Origin: Octopus sinensis
Taxonomy: Eukaryota
Direction of reading: 5' to 3'
Assembly: GCF_006345805.1 (NCBI RefSeq)
Contig: NC_043006.1
Coordinates: 46,562,001 to 46,626,000 of the forward strand
DNA: 64,000 nucleotides
Numbering within the stretch: the first letter of the stretch is position 1; each line of letters begins with the position of its first letter. Shown piece by piece: positions 12,462 to 25,979 of this stretch. Position numbers and translations under genes: made by a program. The notes below the pieces were generated by a model, which made no database searches, was not told the DNA's origin, and was given only the letters and a program-made list of their open reading frames with translations.

Positions 12462-12812
12462 TATGTGAATAGAAAGATGATAACTTGTAGTAGATTAATC
12501 AAAAGTTTAACCGATACCTTAGTAGCAAAATCACAGCAGTGAACAGCACGGTGAGGTACAACCATCTGGCGTTGCAACCGTGCGTTGGTGCGGATAATTG
12601 AAATTAAAACATATTGGTGATTGAAGAAATATGAACGCAGATTGAACGAAATCGTTTATCATTCTACACGTGTTTCGAAAGGCACAAATTACCAAAATCC
12701 ATTATTCATCGGATTTTGGTAATTTGTGCTTTCGAAACACGTGTAGAATGAAATAAAACGATTTCTTTCAATCTGCGTTCAGCTCCATTTCTTCAATTCA
12801 CCAATAATGTTT
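12462..12812. mobile_element. Penelope-like pLTR fragment with a fold-back hairpin
   Basis: Arms at 12607-12700 and 12711-12812 with a 10-nt loop. Each arm carries GAAACACGTGTA. (TA)n lies on both sides. Confidence 0.7.
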
Positions 12813-12819
12813 ATATATA

Positions 12820-12892
<73 letters not shown>

Positions 12893-13000
12893 TGTCTATG
12901 TATGTATGTATGTATTTATATATATATATATATATATGCATATATTACGTATATGCTATATTTGTATCTATTTCTATACATAGATGTTGATGTATACATG

Positions 13001-13031
<31 letters not shown>

Positions 13032-13639
13032 CCCAACATACATACAAACAACATACACAAACACATACATGCGTACGTACGTACATTCATCATATATACA
13101 TTCTTACCTAGATGTATCGATAACTAGATATCTTGTGTGATAGGAAAATTCAGTGATATATTGATTGACTACGAGAATTATACACATACAACAAAAAAGA
13201 AGAGAAGATTGAGAATTTGTGTGCTTGCGTTCGTGTGCTATTTTTTTTATAGGATTCTTAGTGTATGTTCCGTTAATCATATTGTTCTCTTGGTAGACGA
13301 ACAGTAAACCGATTACATTAGGTAGAGTGGGGTGGGGGAGGACAATTAATTAACAGTTATAATTTGCATCGGGGCATTCTAAGTAAAATGAGATGAAAAT
13401 TGATTTGTAGGGATTGCTTTAAAATGAATAGCAACTGAAACAATAACCTGTGGCCCCAAAGTACTAAGTGATGCGACACACACTTTAAAGTACAGCTTGC
13501 TACATACGCACGTATAATATGGTAGCTTGTGTACTAGTAGTTCTACAGTAATACCATTTATGGTAAACAGAATACTCTTTGTGCTGATCATGAAAGATAC
13601 ACATTTATCTTCTCTGTTTGTATGTACGTTTATATAGTA

Positions 13640-14076
<437 letters not shown>

Positions 14077-14589
14077 AATCCGCTCTGTCTGTCTCTGTGT
14101 ATGTCTTCTAGGGTCTCGGGTATCCTTCATCCGAGTGCGCTCAAGTTTGATATGTAGATACCGACGTTATCAAGGCGTGTATAAGTCTTGAAAAAATTAC
14201 AAGAATCTATTCTAGGTCAGAATGCGATCGATAAATCCATGGGAACGTGCATTTGTACGCGAAAGTACATCAGCTGTTGCGATCGATACTACGCGTACGC
14301 GAGAAAAAGTCTATCTTTATTTCTTCTTTTGCTGGTGTCTCAAATTTAGGTTAAATCAGTGATTCTCAAAGGAGAGGGCCTATGGGACGATCGTAAATGT
14401 TGTTTTGAGAAAATTTGTTTGACAACTCAGCACCGTCTATTTCACGGGGGGCGTTTTGCTCCTATATATATAATTATATTTATATATATCTGCATGAATA
14501 TACATATATTAATATACATAATATTTATCTATCCACCTGTCTATATATCTGTCTGTCTATATGTGTGTATGTCTGTATATATGTATTTA

Positions 14590-15851
14590 CGAGGGACGTT
14601 CAATAAGTAATGCCTCTGACCCACTTGCAGTTGTTTGATCTAGCTGAAATTTTGCATGTGCAATTATTTATATCTCTATAGATTTAGTGGCAAATTACAG
14701 CTCTGAGCTAATTGAGGTTTCTGATTGACAGGTGTTTGAACTGAGTCAAGTGTGAAATGGAGCCTGTTGAGTGTCAAGAAGTGATCCGGTTTTTGTATTT
14801 GAAAGGACGCACACCACGGGAGACTTTTGATGAAATGAAAGTAACTTATGGTGATGATGCCCCATCATATGACCTTGTAAAACGCTCACATCGTGAATTC
14901 AAACATGGTCGGAACTCTGTGGAAACAGCTCCCAGATCTGGTCGCCCCCCTTCAGTCAAGTTGAGGGCTGCCATTTTGGAAGATCGACGCATAACTATTC
15001 GCCAAATAGCCCATGAGGTCAAGATTAGTACCGGGTATGTGGAAACTATCATTCATGACCATTTGCATATGCAAAAGGTGTCTGCCAGATGGATTCCCAG
15101 GTTGCTCACACCTTTCCAGAAGCAGAACGCGTCGAGTGCTCGAGGATGAATTTGGAGATGTGCCAAGAAGATGAGTCAAAATTTTTCAAGACTGATTACA
15201 CAGGATGAAACCTTGGTCCATCACGATGATCCAGAGACCAAAGCCCAGTCAATGCAGTGGAAGCACCGTGACTCACCTCCTCCAAAGAAGGCAAGGATGT
15301 AGCCCTCTGCTGGCAAGGTCATACTCACAGTCATCTGGGACCAGAACGGAGTAGTGATGACAGATTTCCTGGCAAAGGGTACCACAATTACAGGAGCCTA
15401 TTATGCTTCACTTTTGAGGAAATTAAGAGAAGCTATGAAAATCAAGAGGCGGGGCAAGATCAGCAAAGGCATCCTCCTCCTGCAGGACAGCGCTCCGGTC
15501 CACAACTCGCGTGTCGCCAGATCAGAAGTACAGGCATGCGGCTATGAACTCCTCCCCCATACTCTCCTGACCTTGCACCCTCTGATTTTCACCTCTTCCC
15601 AGCCATGAAGTTGTTTTTGAAAGGAAAGCGTTTCCCAGATGATGCAGCCTTGATTTCTGAAGTCATGTCGTGGTTGGAGGACCAAGATGGGGTCTTCTAC
15701 AAAAACGGTCTGCGGAGCTGCATCAAACGATGGGAGAAATGCGTAACTCTGGGTGGTTCCTCTGTAGAAAAAGACTAATAACTGTGCCAAGTTTCGTTGC
15801 TCTCCTACTATGGGAAGTGGGTCAGGGGCATTACTTATTGAACGCCCCTCG
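14590..15851 (+). mobile_element. Near full-length mariner transposon (irritans/Bytmar1-like, tentative subfamily)
   Basis: TIRs CGAGGGACGTTCAATAAGTAATGCCTCTGACCC and GGGTCAGGGGCATTACTTATTGAACGCCCCTCG, TA on both sides (14588-14589, 15852-15853), length 1262 bp. Confidence 0.95.
14757..15778 (+). pseudogene. Mariner DD34D transposase, disrupted
   Basis: Motifs KVSARWIPRLLT, ITQDET, LLQDSAPVH and a frameshifted YSPDLAPSDFHLF. There is one in-frame stop near 15300 and at least two frameshifts. Confidence 0.92.
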
Positions 15852-16235
15852 TACATACATATAAACATGCATATAAATCGGTTTGTATCTTAATGGAGAT
15901 AGTCATTAACTCTACAGCAGCAGGTGTGTGTTTGGCTAGCAGTGTAGTATGTGGAAAATTCAAATGAAATATTCTACCTCATCACATAATGAACAGAGTA
16001 ATTAACACAATCTTTTTTAAATGATGGTAGGTTCTCTTCAAATAAAAGAGAATTAGTTGCACATTTCAAGCAGTAAAGAAATACAATAAATGAAGATGAA
16101 TAGATATTCAGTTCATACCGAAATTGTTTCACTAGCATTGCTATATATTTGCATATACTTCAGTGAAATGAAAAATCCTGCGATTACCTTTATATAGGAT
16201 ATATGAAGCGGTTACACTATTACGAGCATAAAAAG

Positions 16236-16395
16236 GGGGCGAGCTGGCAGAAACGTCAGCACGTTGGGCGACCAGCTTAACGGTATTTCTGAGCTCAAAT
16301 TTCGCCGCGGTCGATTCTTTGCGTACGTGGGTCGATCTAATCGACCGGCTCCCTTCTCCAAAATTTCGGGCCTTGTTCTTAGAGCAGAAAAGAAT
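16236..16395 (+). mobile_element. SINE family A, internally deleted
   Basis: Head GGCGAGCTGGCAGAAACGTCAGCAC followed by a partial body. Confidence 0.75.
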
Positions 16396-16409
16396 ATATA
16401 CAAACTCTA

Positions 16410-16660
16410 CAGAAGCTGCTTGAACTGATACCCCTGGATTACTGTGAGTCCAACAACATGGTAACTGATGATAAAAAATGGAGTGCTAGAATGTACCGAA
16501 AAAAATTTTTTAATAGACACAGCTATACTGTCTGATGTAAGAACACGCCGTAGAAGCATTGCAACAGTATGGCTTGAATATACGAAAATATTTCACTCTC
16601 TTCCTCACGATTTGCTGCTGATGTTTCTACATTTCCTTGATGTAGCTACTGCCTTATTTG
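16410..16660 (+). mobile_element. Non-LTR retrotransposon RT fragment, R4/Dong-like
   Basis: CTEKNFLIDTAILSDVRTRRRSIATVWLEYTKIFHSLPH parallels the GCKEQLLID...AWIDYKKAFDSVPH pattern of R4-type RTs. Confidence 0.65.
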
Positions 16661-16699
16661 CTCCCACTAAGAGTTTCAGAGACCTGGCAACAATTCTCA

Positions 16700-16845
16700 C
16701 ACTATATACTCTTTTAATTATTTCAGTCATTTGACTGGGGCCATGCTGGAGCACCGCATTTAGTCGAGCAAATTGATCCCGGCACTTATTCTTTGTAAGC
16801 TTAGTACTTATCTATCGGTCTCTTTGGCCGAACAACAAAACCATG
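16700..16845 (-). mobile_element. SINE family B 3' part
   Basis: TTTCAGTCATTTGACTG...GCTGGAGCACCGC...AGTCGAGCAAAT on the + strand. Confidence 0.85.
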
Positions 16846-16917
16846 AATCTTACATCTTTTCAATATTTACTTGGCGCACTTTCGGTTTCCAGCGAATTTT
16901 CCTTTTTGTGCAAGCCT

Positions 16918-16933
16918 TTCTTTCTTTCTTTTT

Positions 16934-16982
<49 letters not shown>

Positions 16983-17100
16983 AGTCTATTCTTGTCTCAA
17001 TCTAATCCCAGCATTTATTTTGCTATCAAAATCTGTTCCAATCTTTTTATACCATATCTATCTATCTATCTGTCTATCTATCTATCTATCTATCTATCTC

Positions 17101-17180
<80 letters not shown>

Positions 17181-17256
17181 ATCTATCATCTATCTTCTAT
17201 CTATATCTATCTACTATCTATCTATCTATATTATCTATCTATATATCTATCTATCT

Positions 17257-17354
<98 letters not shown>

Positions 17355-17380
17355 CTATCTATCTATCTATCTATCTATCT
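16918..17380. repeat. (CTTT)n and (ATCT)n microsatellites
   Basis: Direct reading. Confidence 0.95.
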
Positions 17381-17530
17381 GGCTGTCTGTCCGTCTCTCT
17401 GTCTCTCTGCCTGTTTTCTATGTGGATAGATAGCTAGATGCTAAATATGAATATACATATATAAATATCTATAAATATTTATATGCTGTAGCATATTTTC
17501 AATAGACCTATGTATATACATTTCCTTACG

Positions 17531-17580
<50 letters not shown>

Positions 17581-18612
17581 ACGGAATGTTTTACTTCTTT
17601 TTAATTCTCGGGTTGCTTTGAGGGGATGGACTTAGAGCAACGTTTTGTTTCACAGTAAAATCTGAAGCGGTGTATAAATATCTTTTTGTAGAACATTATT
17701 ACCTCATATTTATAGCATTCACAGTGGTAATATTCTTGTGTGTTTCTAGCTAAAAGGAACAAACTAAAACATAATAATAATAAAAAATAAAAATAAACAA
17801 TAGAAATCCCAACCAAAAAATACGAAAGTAAACTAAAAGAAATAGAACGGAGATATAATTCTTATCAGCAGCTTTTCAATATTTTCTCCCCCCTCCTTAC
17901 CTTTTTCCCTTATGGCTAGCATTGTCTCTATAGAACAGCTATATACATTTTTTTTTTGTCGTGTTTCGTTATCGATTTCTTACGACGTTTTTATGAAGCA
18001 ATGAAATAGTGGAGAAATGCGTCGGTCGGTAAGTAAGCGGATAACTATTGTCCATTTATTATTGAAAATATCAAATAATTTTACGTAGAGAAACAACAAT
18101 GTTAATGTATTTGTTCACAGCTTGTTTCTCTTTCGGAGCGAAACCTTTAGGCCACGGTGAGAAAGTGAAAAGTTTGTATCTTCAATTGACGAATGAGAAA
18201 ATGGAAGCATGCGAATATATCTAAGGGCTACTTCAATTGCTTTATTTCAGAAGGAAATGGGCGTCGGATTTAAGAAAATACCATATCGAAGATTTGCATT
18301 GAAAGAAATAAATCACTTTTAAGAAACGAAACAATTCACATTGAGTAAGTAAATGATTGTAAACATCCTGCAAGCAATATGGCAGCCAGCTGAATCTCTA
18401 TTCACACGGAGAATTACACGCTAAGTATTTTAGAGTGTAATATTTGTGGCGGTCATTTATTTGTGTATTAAAAAGAACCCCTTACTCTATAGAAACGAAT
18501 GTGACGTCACCAGATACTGAAGATTATGATAACAATCACAGTTCATATATCAGGTCATCATATAAAATTTATCTTTCCTACTTGTCCTATTTCATAAATA
18601 AAATAAGCTCTG

Positions 18613-18645
<33 letters not shown>

Positions 18646-19006
18646 GTTTAGATATATTAATTTACGTACGTTTATTCATGGAATGCGTTTCCGAATTATT
18701 TATTCAATGGGTGAAGTGAGAACTTCTAGGCTAGAATGTCTAATATTTATGTATACAAAGGCAGATGTTTCTAGCCGAAAATCAACCGTAAGTTGTGTTT
18801 ACCATTATAATCGCTACACAAATATCAGCCTCTTATATATAAATACGTGGCCTAGATTCTGCAATGAATATTGCGAGATAACCGGACACAGTATGAAAAC
18901 ATAAACAAATGTAAGGAAAATATGAGCTAATATTATCAAGGGGAACCGAAATGGCTGTGTGGTTCAAATTTCCCTTCACTACCTCCTGTTTTCGAGTTCG
19001 AGTATA

Positions 19007-19223
19007 CGAGGGTTGACTGAAAAGTTCCTGGCTTTAGAGCTATCCCGAAAGGTTTGGTTGGAGGCTCGACCTTCCGAGTTCTTTTACAAGGTGTATGAAT
19101 AATGAAGGACAGCTGCAACACGTGTGTGAATCTAAGAGGAGAATATGTTGACTAAAATAATGATTAACTGACGCTTCTATATTTCCTTTTACCCCAAATC
19201 AGGAACTTTACAGCACGTCCTTG
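19007..19223 (+). mobile_element. Internally deleted mariner (MITE-like)
   Basis: Diverged TIRs CGAGGGTTGACTGAAAAGTTCCTGG and TCAGGAACTTTACAGCACGTCCTTG with flanking TA. Retains the transposase C-terminus TCVNLRGEYVD*. Confidence 0.75.
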
Positions 19224-19245
19224 TACTACATTGTAGTTCGTTGTA

Positions 19246-19663
19246 TACTCTTACTCTTTACTGTTTTGCTACTTTCAGCCATTTGACTGCGGCCATGCTG
19301 GAGCACCACCTTTAGTCGAGCAAATCGACGTATTCTCTGTAAGCCCAGTACTTATTCTATCGGTCTCTTTTGCCGAACCGCTAGGTTGCGGGGACGTCAA
19401 CACACCAGCATCTGTTGTCAAGCGATGTTGCGGGGACAAACACAAACAAACAAACATACACGCACACACACACACACACACATATACATATAAATATATA
19501 CGACGGGTTTGTTTCAGTTTCCGTCTACCAAATCCACTGACAAGGATTTGGTCGGCCCGAGGCTATAATAGAAGACACTTGCCCAAAGTGCCACGCAGAG
19601 GGACTTAACCCGGAGCCATGTGGTTGGTAAGCAAGCAACCCACCACACAGTCACTCCTACGCC
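19246..19663 (-). mobile_element. SINE family B, full length
   Basis: Complete head-to-tail match to the other copies. Confidence 0.9.
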
Positions 19664-20949
19664 TATGATTAGAAAGTATGCTTTGATATAGATTCTGGTA
19701 GATAAAAATTTGATAAGAGTAAGTTGGTATAAAGACATTGCAGTTTACTATCGCGAATACAAGCGGGTGAAGTGGGGGTTATACAAAGGATGTCTGCTAT
19801 AATGTTATTGGACAGAGTTCGTTGCTTGGAGATCCCGGAGTCAGTTGAGATCAAACTGCCATTCCCCTGCAGTGATTGGACACAACGCCGATACTAAGGT
19901 CATATTGTTAGAATGTCACAGGAAATTATTGCAAAGATGATTCGTCAAACCAAACCAACCAGCAATGGATGCAGGGGTAAACCAAAAGTTGGATAATATT
20001 CATAGAACCGGTTCACGTTGGAGAATCGGACAAAAAAATTCTATGACGTTTACTTATGACAGGACTCTATTTAGTAGATGCTCCGCTATTCATGGGATGA
20101 GAGTTACAAGGCATCTACCGCTACTCGCAGGCGGTGATGATGGTAGGATAGACACGACATTAACTTTCGTTGAAGGAACGTTCTTGTTTTTTTTTTTGTG
20201 GTAGATTTACGCTGTTACTCGCTTGAATTACATCATCAGCCTTCGGAGATTTTAAAGTAAATTGCTCCCTCCGTTTTACATTTCTCAAAAAAAAAAAAAA
20301 ACTTCGGAAGTGGTGATAGATACTACGCTTATTATTCTGTTCCTATAATTATAAAAAATTATAGGACGTGATAGATGTTATTTGTTTTAATTCCGTGAAG
20401 TAGTAAACCCTTTTTTAAACATATAGTCACTTTAATATAGATATATAATAGTGGGTGCAAAACCACATCTGTACGTGTAATTGTTTCACCAAGAGAGGAA
20501 AGAATTGTGAAAAATATTTCCATATTTTATCAACAATATATATATGAACTGTAAATCGTTTAGTGGAGTATTTAATTTCTCAATATAGATAGACGAACCT
20601 GAAGCCTCAAAATATTTTAAATGTCAGAAAATTGCTTTTTGTAACACTATTATCTTTCGATTTTTTTATTAAAAAATTGCCCATAAACTACTATGAGAAA
20701 AGTTAATGTTAAAAATATGGTGGAAATGTAGAGGAGATTATGATTGAGAATTAAATTAAAGCATTAAAATCTATGTGGATGCACATTATAGAAAAGAGCC
20801 ATCTTATTTCTGTCAGAGACTTAAGATAATATTGTCTTGCTCTATTTTTTATATAGTGATTGTGTCTTTGTTGTACAGAAACAAAAGAAAATAGATGCGT
20901 ACAATCACTAGATGTTATATAAAAAATTTCTCTCTTCCTAATGGTAGTA

Positions 20950-21590
20950 TAGAGTTGTAGCTGAAGGTATTTAGTTGCACGCTGATGAAGGTTGGAAGTG
21001 GAAGATTAGGGAGAAACGAACGGCAGTGCCGTCTGAGTACGGACTGATGTATTAATTGGTTTGAAGTCAACCACATCGTTGATATATAGGTAGGAGGGAG
21101 TGACAGTCAACCGGTAACAGAAAATATTTTGTTGTTTAGTATGTCAGTGAAAAAACTTGTTTTAGTTGATACTGAAATGGTATAAGCAAGGAGGAAGCCA
21201 CGGACATAAGAGATACTGGTGGATCCATATTCAGGCTACCTTGCAGCTGATTAGCTAACATTTGCCGAGAGGAATATCACACATTTCCTTTCATTTTTCA
21301 TTGGTGATGAGCCAATGGTGAGAGATAACAGAGAGAGTAACTTTTCTGTCGATTCTGAAGATATGAAAGGTGAATCGGTGCTCCTTCAGGAAGGTGAAAT
21401 GTTCACATGTTGGGACATGTTATTTGAGTTAACTCAAATATGGGGCGTCAGGAACAAAGTTGGCTGGCAAATTCGAGGAGGTTTTATTCCTTGACAACAA
21501 GATACACGGTAGCGGGTTTCGAATATCGGAACATATCTGTATCGAGAGCATTTGAATTGTATGGCCCTTATACAGCGAAGCTGGTTTCAT
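20950..21590 (-). mobile_element. Highly decayed CR1/L2-group LINE 3' ORF fragment
   Basis: Scattered minus-strand peptides (SLYKGH, YLSPLAHH) resemble the post-RT region of L2/CR1 ORF2. Many stops. Confidence 0.35.
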
Positions 21591-21681
21591 TGTTTCGAGA
21601 GTAATGGTTGATATATTGTTTCAACTGGTGAGCATGTTAGTCTGTAACAATTCGGGACTCTTTTGCACATGGTTATTATTG

Positions 21682-21862
21682 TGTGGACGCCCCCAGACGA
21701 TGAAGTAGGCTAGCCCAATACGTAGATATTGAGGGAGAAGTCTAGACGTCGTCAGAGTCGAGCAGAGAGTACAGCTGTGTAGATTAGAATAGTAGAGAGC
21801 AGAGTAGCGTTGAGTAGAGGTCATGTCATCCGAACGTGCGACATAACATTGGCGACGAGGAT
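21682..21862 (+). mobile_element. LTR retrotransposon 5' LTR plus primer-binding site
   Basis: About 167-bp TG...CA segment ending at 21848. It is followed after 1 nt by TGGCGACGAGGAT (21850-21862), complementary to the 3' end of tRNA-Ser(GCU) including CCA. No second LTR is seen, and the LTR start is uncertain by a few bp. Confidence 0.7.
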
Positions 21863-22279
21863 TTCGTAGCTCGCACAGCCACTGTATAGTATTGCGACAT
21901 AACTGTTATGTGTAGTCGTGTCAATGGTGGAGTCGAAATGTATAAATGTGGATATGATTGAATTAGTGTCTGCAGTTTAATGAGAGATTTGATGCAAAAC
22001 ATGCAGTATATGTAAACGCTTTTACCCCGATTGTTGTCATTGCATAGTAAAAGGAACCCCCAAAAGTTTTGGGTGCATGGCTAACGGATAATAAATTTTT
22101 AGAAAAGTCAATTGAAACTTAGAATAAATTATGGCTCTACATTTGGGACAATGTTGCTCTTACGCATACAAACATATTGTATCGACCCAACTGATTGGAA
22201 TATCTCATTACACATTTGTACCTATGGCTAACTGATGAGCTATTTGTATTATCTCTTTGCTATTTTGCCATTTCAACCT

Positions 22280-23065
22280 CATTGTAAAGGACTAACTGAT
22301 GTGATGCCACCTCCACGGCAGCATCTTGACACACTTGTCTCATCAACTCTCGTTACCAGCATTGAAACACCTCTCCCTTTCTGGAGCACTGGCCTCCCTG
22401 TCGTGTTGTGTTTACGAGATTTCAGTACAATTCCTTGCTAGGGCTTGTTTGTCCTGCGGTCAGTAATTGTGTATGCTCAAGGAGTAAGTTGCCGGTGTGA
22501 ATCGTCTCTCTCTATCCAACGCCCTTTCTCTAGACTTGCTAAATTCGATGTTCAGAGAAGAAACAGTTCGCTTTCTAATGGTGCGAGATCTGTTCCCTGC
22601 GTCGTAGACCATAATCATGCTTTGAATCGCCCTGGGCTTACCTATCATGAACCAATGGCGAACCAGGATCTTTGGGGATTGGTGATATGTGGGATGCAAA
22701 GGTATATTCTGAAGAGAAAGTCTACAGTTATGCATCCAGCCGTTTCTCTTGAGTCAGGAGTAGTGCAAGCAAAGCACATGTGCTGCCAGGAATTCTTAGA
22801 ATGGATCTGACGTTGCTTCACCTGTTAGCTGACTTGAAATGCCTATGTGTCTTGGTAGCCGGAGTGTTCATGGTTGCGGATCCATTGAATAAGCTGCCGG
22901 ACGAGATAGTGAAGATGCCGACGACCGCTCGGTTCAAAGTCTCTCTTGACCAGAAATGGCCTGAACTCTTTGTATGACCACCCTCCCTGTACATAACTCC
23001 CTGTCCCCCTACATGGCTTTGCTTTTGCTTTTTGAGCCAATAAAAATTGAATTGAATTGAATTGA
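22280..23065 (+). mobile_element. CR1-group LINE 3' fragment, decayed
   Basis: RT-like peptides PRQH, GLPVVLCLRDFS, NGARS and KSTVMH, C-terminal DPLNKLPDEIVKMPTTARFKVSLD, then AATAAA and an (ATTGA)n tail. Confidence 0.75.
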
Positions 23066-24002
23066 AACACTGTATGTATGATTAAAACTACATGCATGAA
23101 ATAAAGTAATAGAGATATTAAATTCTGCAAAATCTCGCTCTTATTATTATTGTGGTACGAAGTGAAATGCACTGTAAGAAGCTAAAAGTCATGTGAGGTA
23201 GCTAGAGCGTCTGCGTGTGAATAATTCACTCGCAGAATTCTAATTGATCAATGAAAGAAACACTTTAAACAGCATTCACAGTAATCTATTACGCTGATGT
23301 TATATAAGATGATGTGATATACAAAAAAAATGTACGAAATATAATAGCAATTGCAAATTGTAAGTAACTGGACAATGCAATAAAATAAATAACCCGTGTG
23401 TATATCGTCAACAGGAACAAAACCATTGACGGCAGCTGTAGAAAATATCAGCAATATTGAAAAGTGATCCGTTGCACTTTGAATAAGAAGCAATTGCAAA
23501 ACAAGAAAGAAAAACACAAACACACACAAAGAAAATAAAACAAAATAACTCAATAAAATAGAAAAAAAAATCTACGGTAACAAAAATAAGCAAGCAACAA
23601 CAAAAAAAAGCACAATCCAGAAAATGCCAAGTAATATAGCAACAACTTTCATTACTGTAAATAATTAAAAAAAACAAACAAAACGAAGGAATTTTTTTTC
23701 TTACCTCTCCTTACTACTCCAGAAACCATTTTCTTACATCACAACTAAGTTTTATCTTCTTTCTGAAATCAATAAAAAAACATAAATGAATTGCATAACG
23801 ATGATTGCATCGATTTTTCTTCTCAAATAGTTCAGCTGCAATCTTTTTCTTTTTCTCCACGACTTTGATTAAAACTCTTTTGTGTGCATTTTTCTCCATT
23901 CTTCTTATTTTTCTTTTTTCCACTTCACTGCTTCTTTTCTTCTTGCCGTCTTTTACTTCCAGATTCTGACTGGTAGGCGGTTTGGGGATGGTATGAAGAA
24001 TG

Positions 24003-24330
24003 CATTCTTCTTCTTCTTCTTCTTCTTCTTCTTCTTCTTCTTCTTCTTCTTCTTCTTTTCTTCTTCTCCTCCTTCTTCTTCTTCTTCTTCTTCTTCTTCT
24101 TCTTCTCCTTCTTCTTCTTCTTCTTCTTCTTCTTCTTCTTCTTCTTCTTCTTCTTCTTCTTCTTCTTCTTCATCTCCTTTATCTTCTTCTTCTTCTTCTT
24201 CTTCTTCTTCTTCTCCTCCTTTTTCTTCTTCTTCCTCGTCTTCCTCTTCTTCTTCTTCTTCTTCTTCTTCTTTTTCTCCCTCTCCTCCTCCCCCTCCCCC
24301 CTTCTTCATCGCCTTCACCTTCATCTTCTT
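24003..24330. repeat. (TTC)n microsatellite
   Basis: Direct reading; source of the poly-S/E/K/L ORFs. Confidence 0.95.
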
Positions 24331-25010
24331 CTATCAACTCGCCCTCCTCCACCTCTCCCACCACTTCCACATTCATTTTTATCGACTCCCTCAGTGAACG
24401 TCGTCTTTCGATATATTTATGCGAATTCCTTAACTAATTTTTTTTTACATTCTTTTATTTGCTCTGCAAGAAACTTTTGTATTTTGTCAACATGTCTAAC
24501 ATACCAACGTTTTGTAGATTTTAATCTATTCCATCATTTTTATTTTTTCTCTTCAGAATCTATCATCTCACATTTACAGGAAACATATTTTCTCACATTT
24601 TGTTTTTCATAAAAAAATAGTTTTATAACAAAGGATTCGTAATATGTATGATTAGGTAGTTAGGTAGGTTCGAGGCTTTGTATGGGCATATAAATAGGGA
24701 TAGGTGTGTATGCACGTTTTAAATTCTGTACAAATGAATATTTTATGTGTTTCCGTTGTTTTCTAGTTTTGTCTGTAGCCAATAATATTTTGAAATTATT
24801 CAACAGTTTCTGAAAGACAGATATACAACGTTATGTATCTCATAATAAGAAAGTTTTGTATGAAATAAGAGGTTTCGTTCGATGAAATTAATATAAAGAA
24901 AAAATAAAAATGTAATAAGTGATATAATTATTACAAGTTTTTTTCTGTTTCAGATTTGCTATGAGTAAGAACTTACACATTTACATGCGTATATACTAAT
25001 GCATATATAT

Positions 25011-25057
<47 letters not shown>

Positions 25058-25058
25058 G

Positions 25059-25089
<31 letters not shown>

Positions 25090-25759
25090 GGTGTGGTGTA
25101 GTATGTATATGCATATTACACGAGCGCACACATTTCAAATACATCTCAAATAGATGTACTTACTTATATACATACAGAAAGGCATACATACATACGCACA
25201 CACAAAGACATTCACAGATATATGCACACATATATTTTACGAATATCTATGAATCTCGCTATCAGTGTATCTGCCGTCTTTTGCACTGATCTTTTCATAG
25301 ACACATATTCTTAAGCAGTAACTGACACAAAATTCCTCAAATGCACATACATTTTAACCACCATCTTTTTATTTGAAGATCCGTTTATATGTATGGACGA
25401 AAGACTTTCGTTTTAAAAGACGATCCACTATTTAAGTGAGTTAATATATTTGTATATCTTTAGATATGGAGTCTCCAGTTCTTTGTGGTACGATTACGAA
25501 TAATTAACTCCTTATCGAAACAAAGAAAATTAAATTAAATCCGACTTTAGACGGCTGCTAATCTAAAGCAAATATACTTTGTTCAAAATATCGATAGTTG
25601 AAAAAAAAAACCTAAATGATTATACTAAGTTGCTCGCAAAATGAAAGCGCAGGAACATTTATAAACAAAGAGAGGAGTGTTGACTGGTTTCTAATATTTC
25701 ATATCGCACAAATACATAGGAATTGCTAAATCTCAGAGAAAGTATTGTACTTTGTGCAG

Positions 25760-25843
25760 AATTAAATACAGCGGCATTCACTGGCGGAGACATTATGAAT
25801 TGGGCTTGACAGAAAAAGCGAGCGAGGAAGGTTCGAGTTTGAG
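25760..25843 (+). CDS. Candidate internal exon of an unidentified gene (84 nt)
   Basis: TACTTTGTGCAG acceptor, GAG|GTAAGT donor, one open frame IKYSGIHWRRHYELGLTEKASEEGSSL. No homology recognised, and it could be non-coding. Confidence 0.35.
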
Positions 25844-25979
25844 GTAAGTTTGTAGTAAATTGTTTCATAAGATACTAAAAAAATAAAAGTAGAACAATGA
25901 TTATAATACTGTGTGCTTATGAATGATGGGAAAAAAATTTTTGTTTTGTGATAGACAAATGCATTCTTTCTGGATATAT

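Noticed and set aside
12537-12590. Second GUGAACA followed by a hairpin (GCACGGU/ACCGUGC)
   Set aside because: The stem is followed by GUU rather than GAA, and no stem I or III forms, so it is not a hammerhead.
14357-14410. CAGTGATTCTCAAA hAT-like terminus
   Set aside because: No convincing partner TIR or 8-bp TSD.
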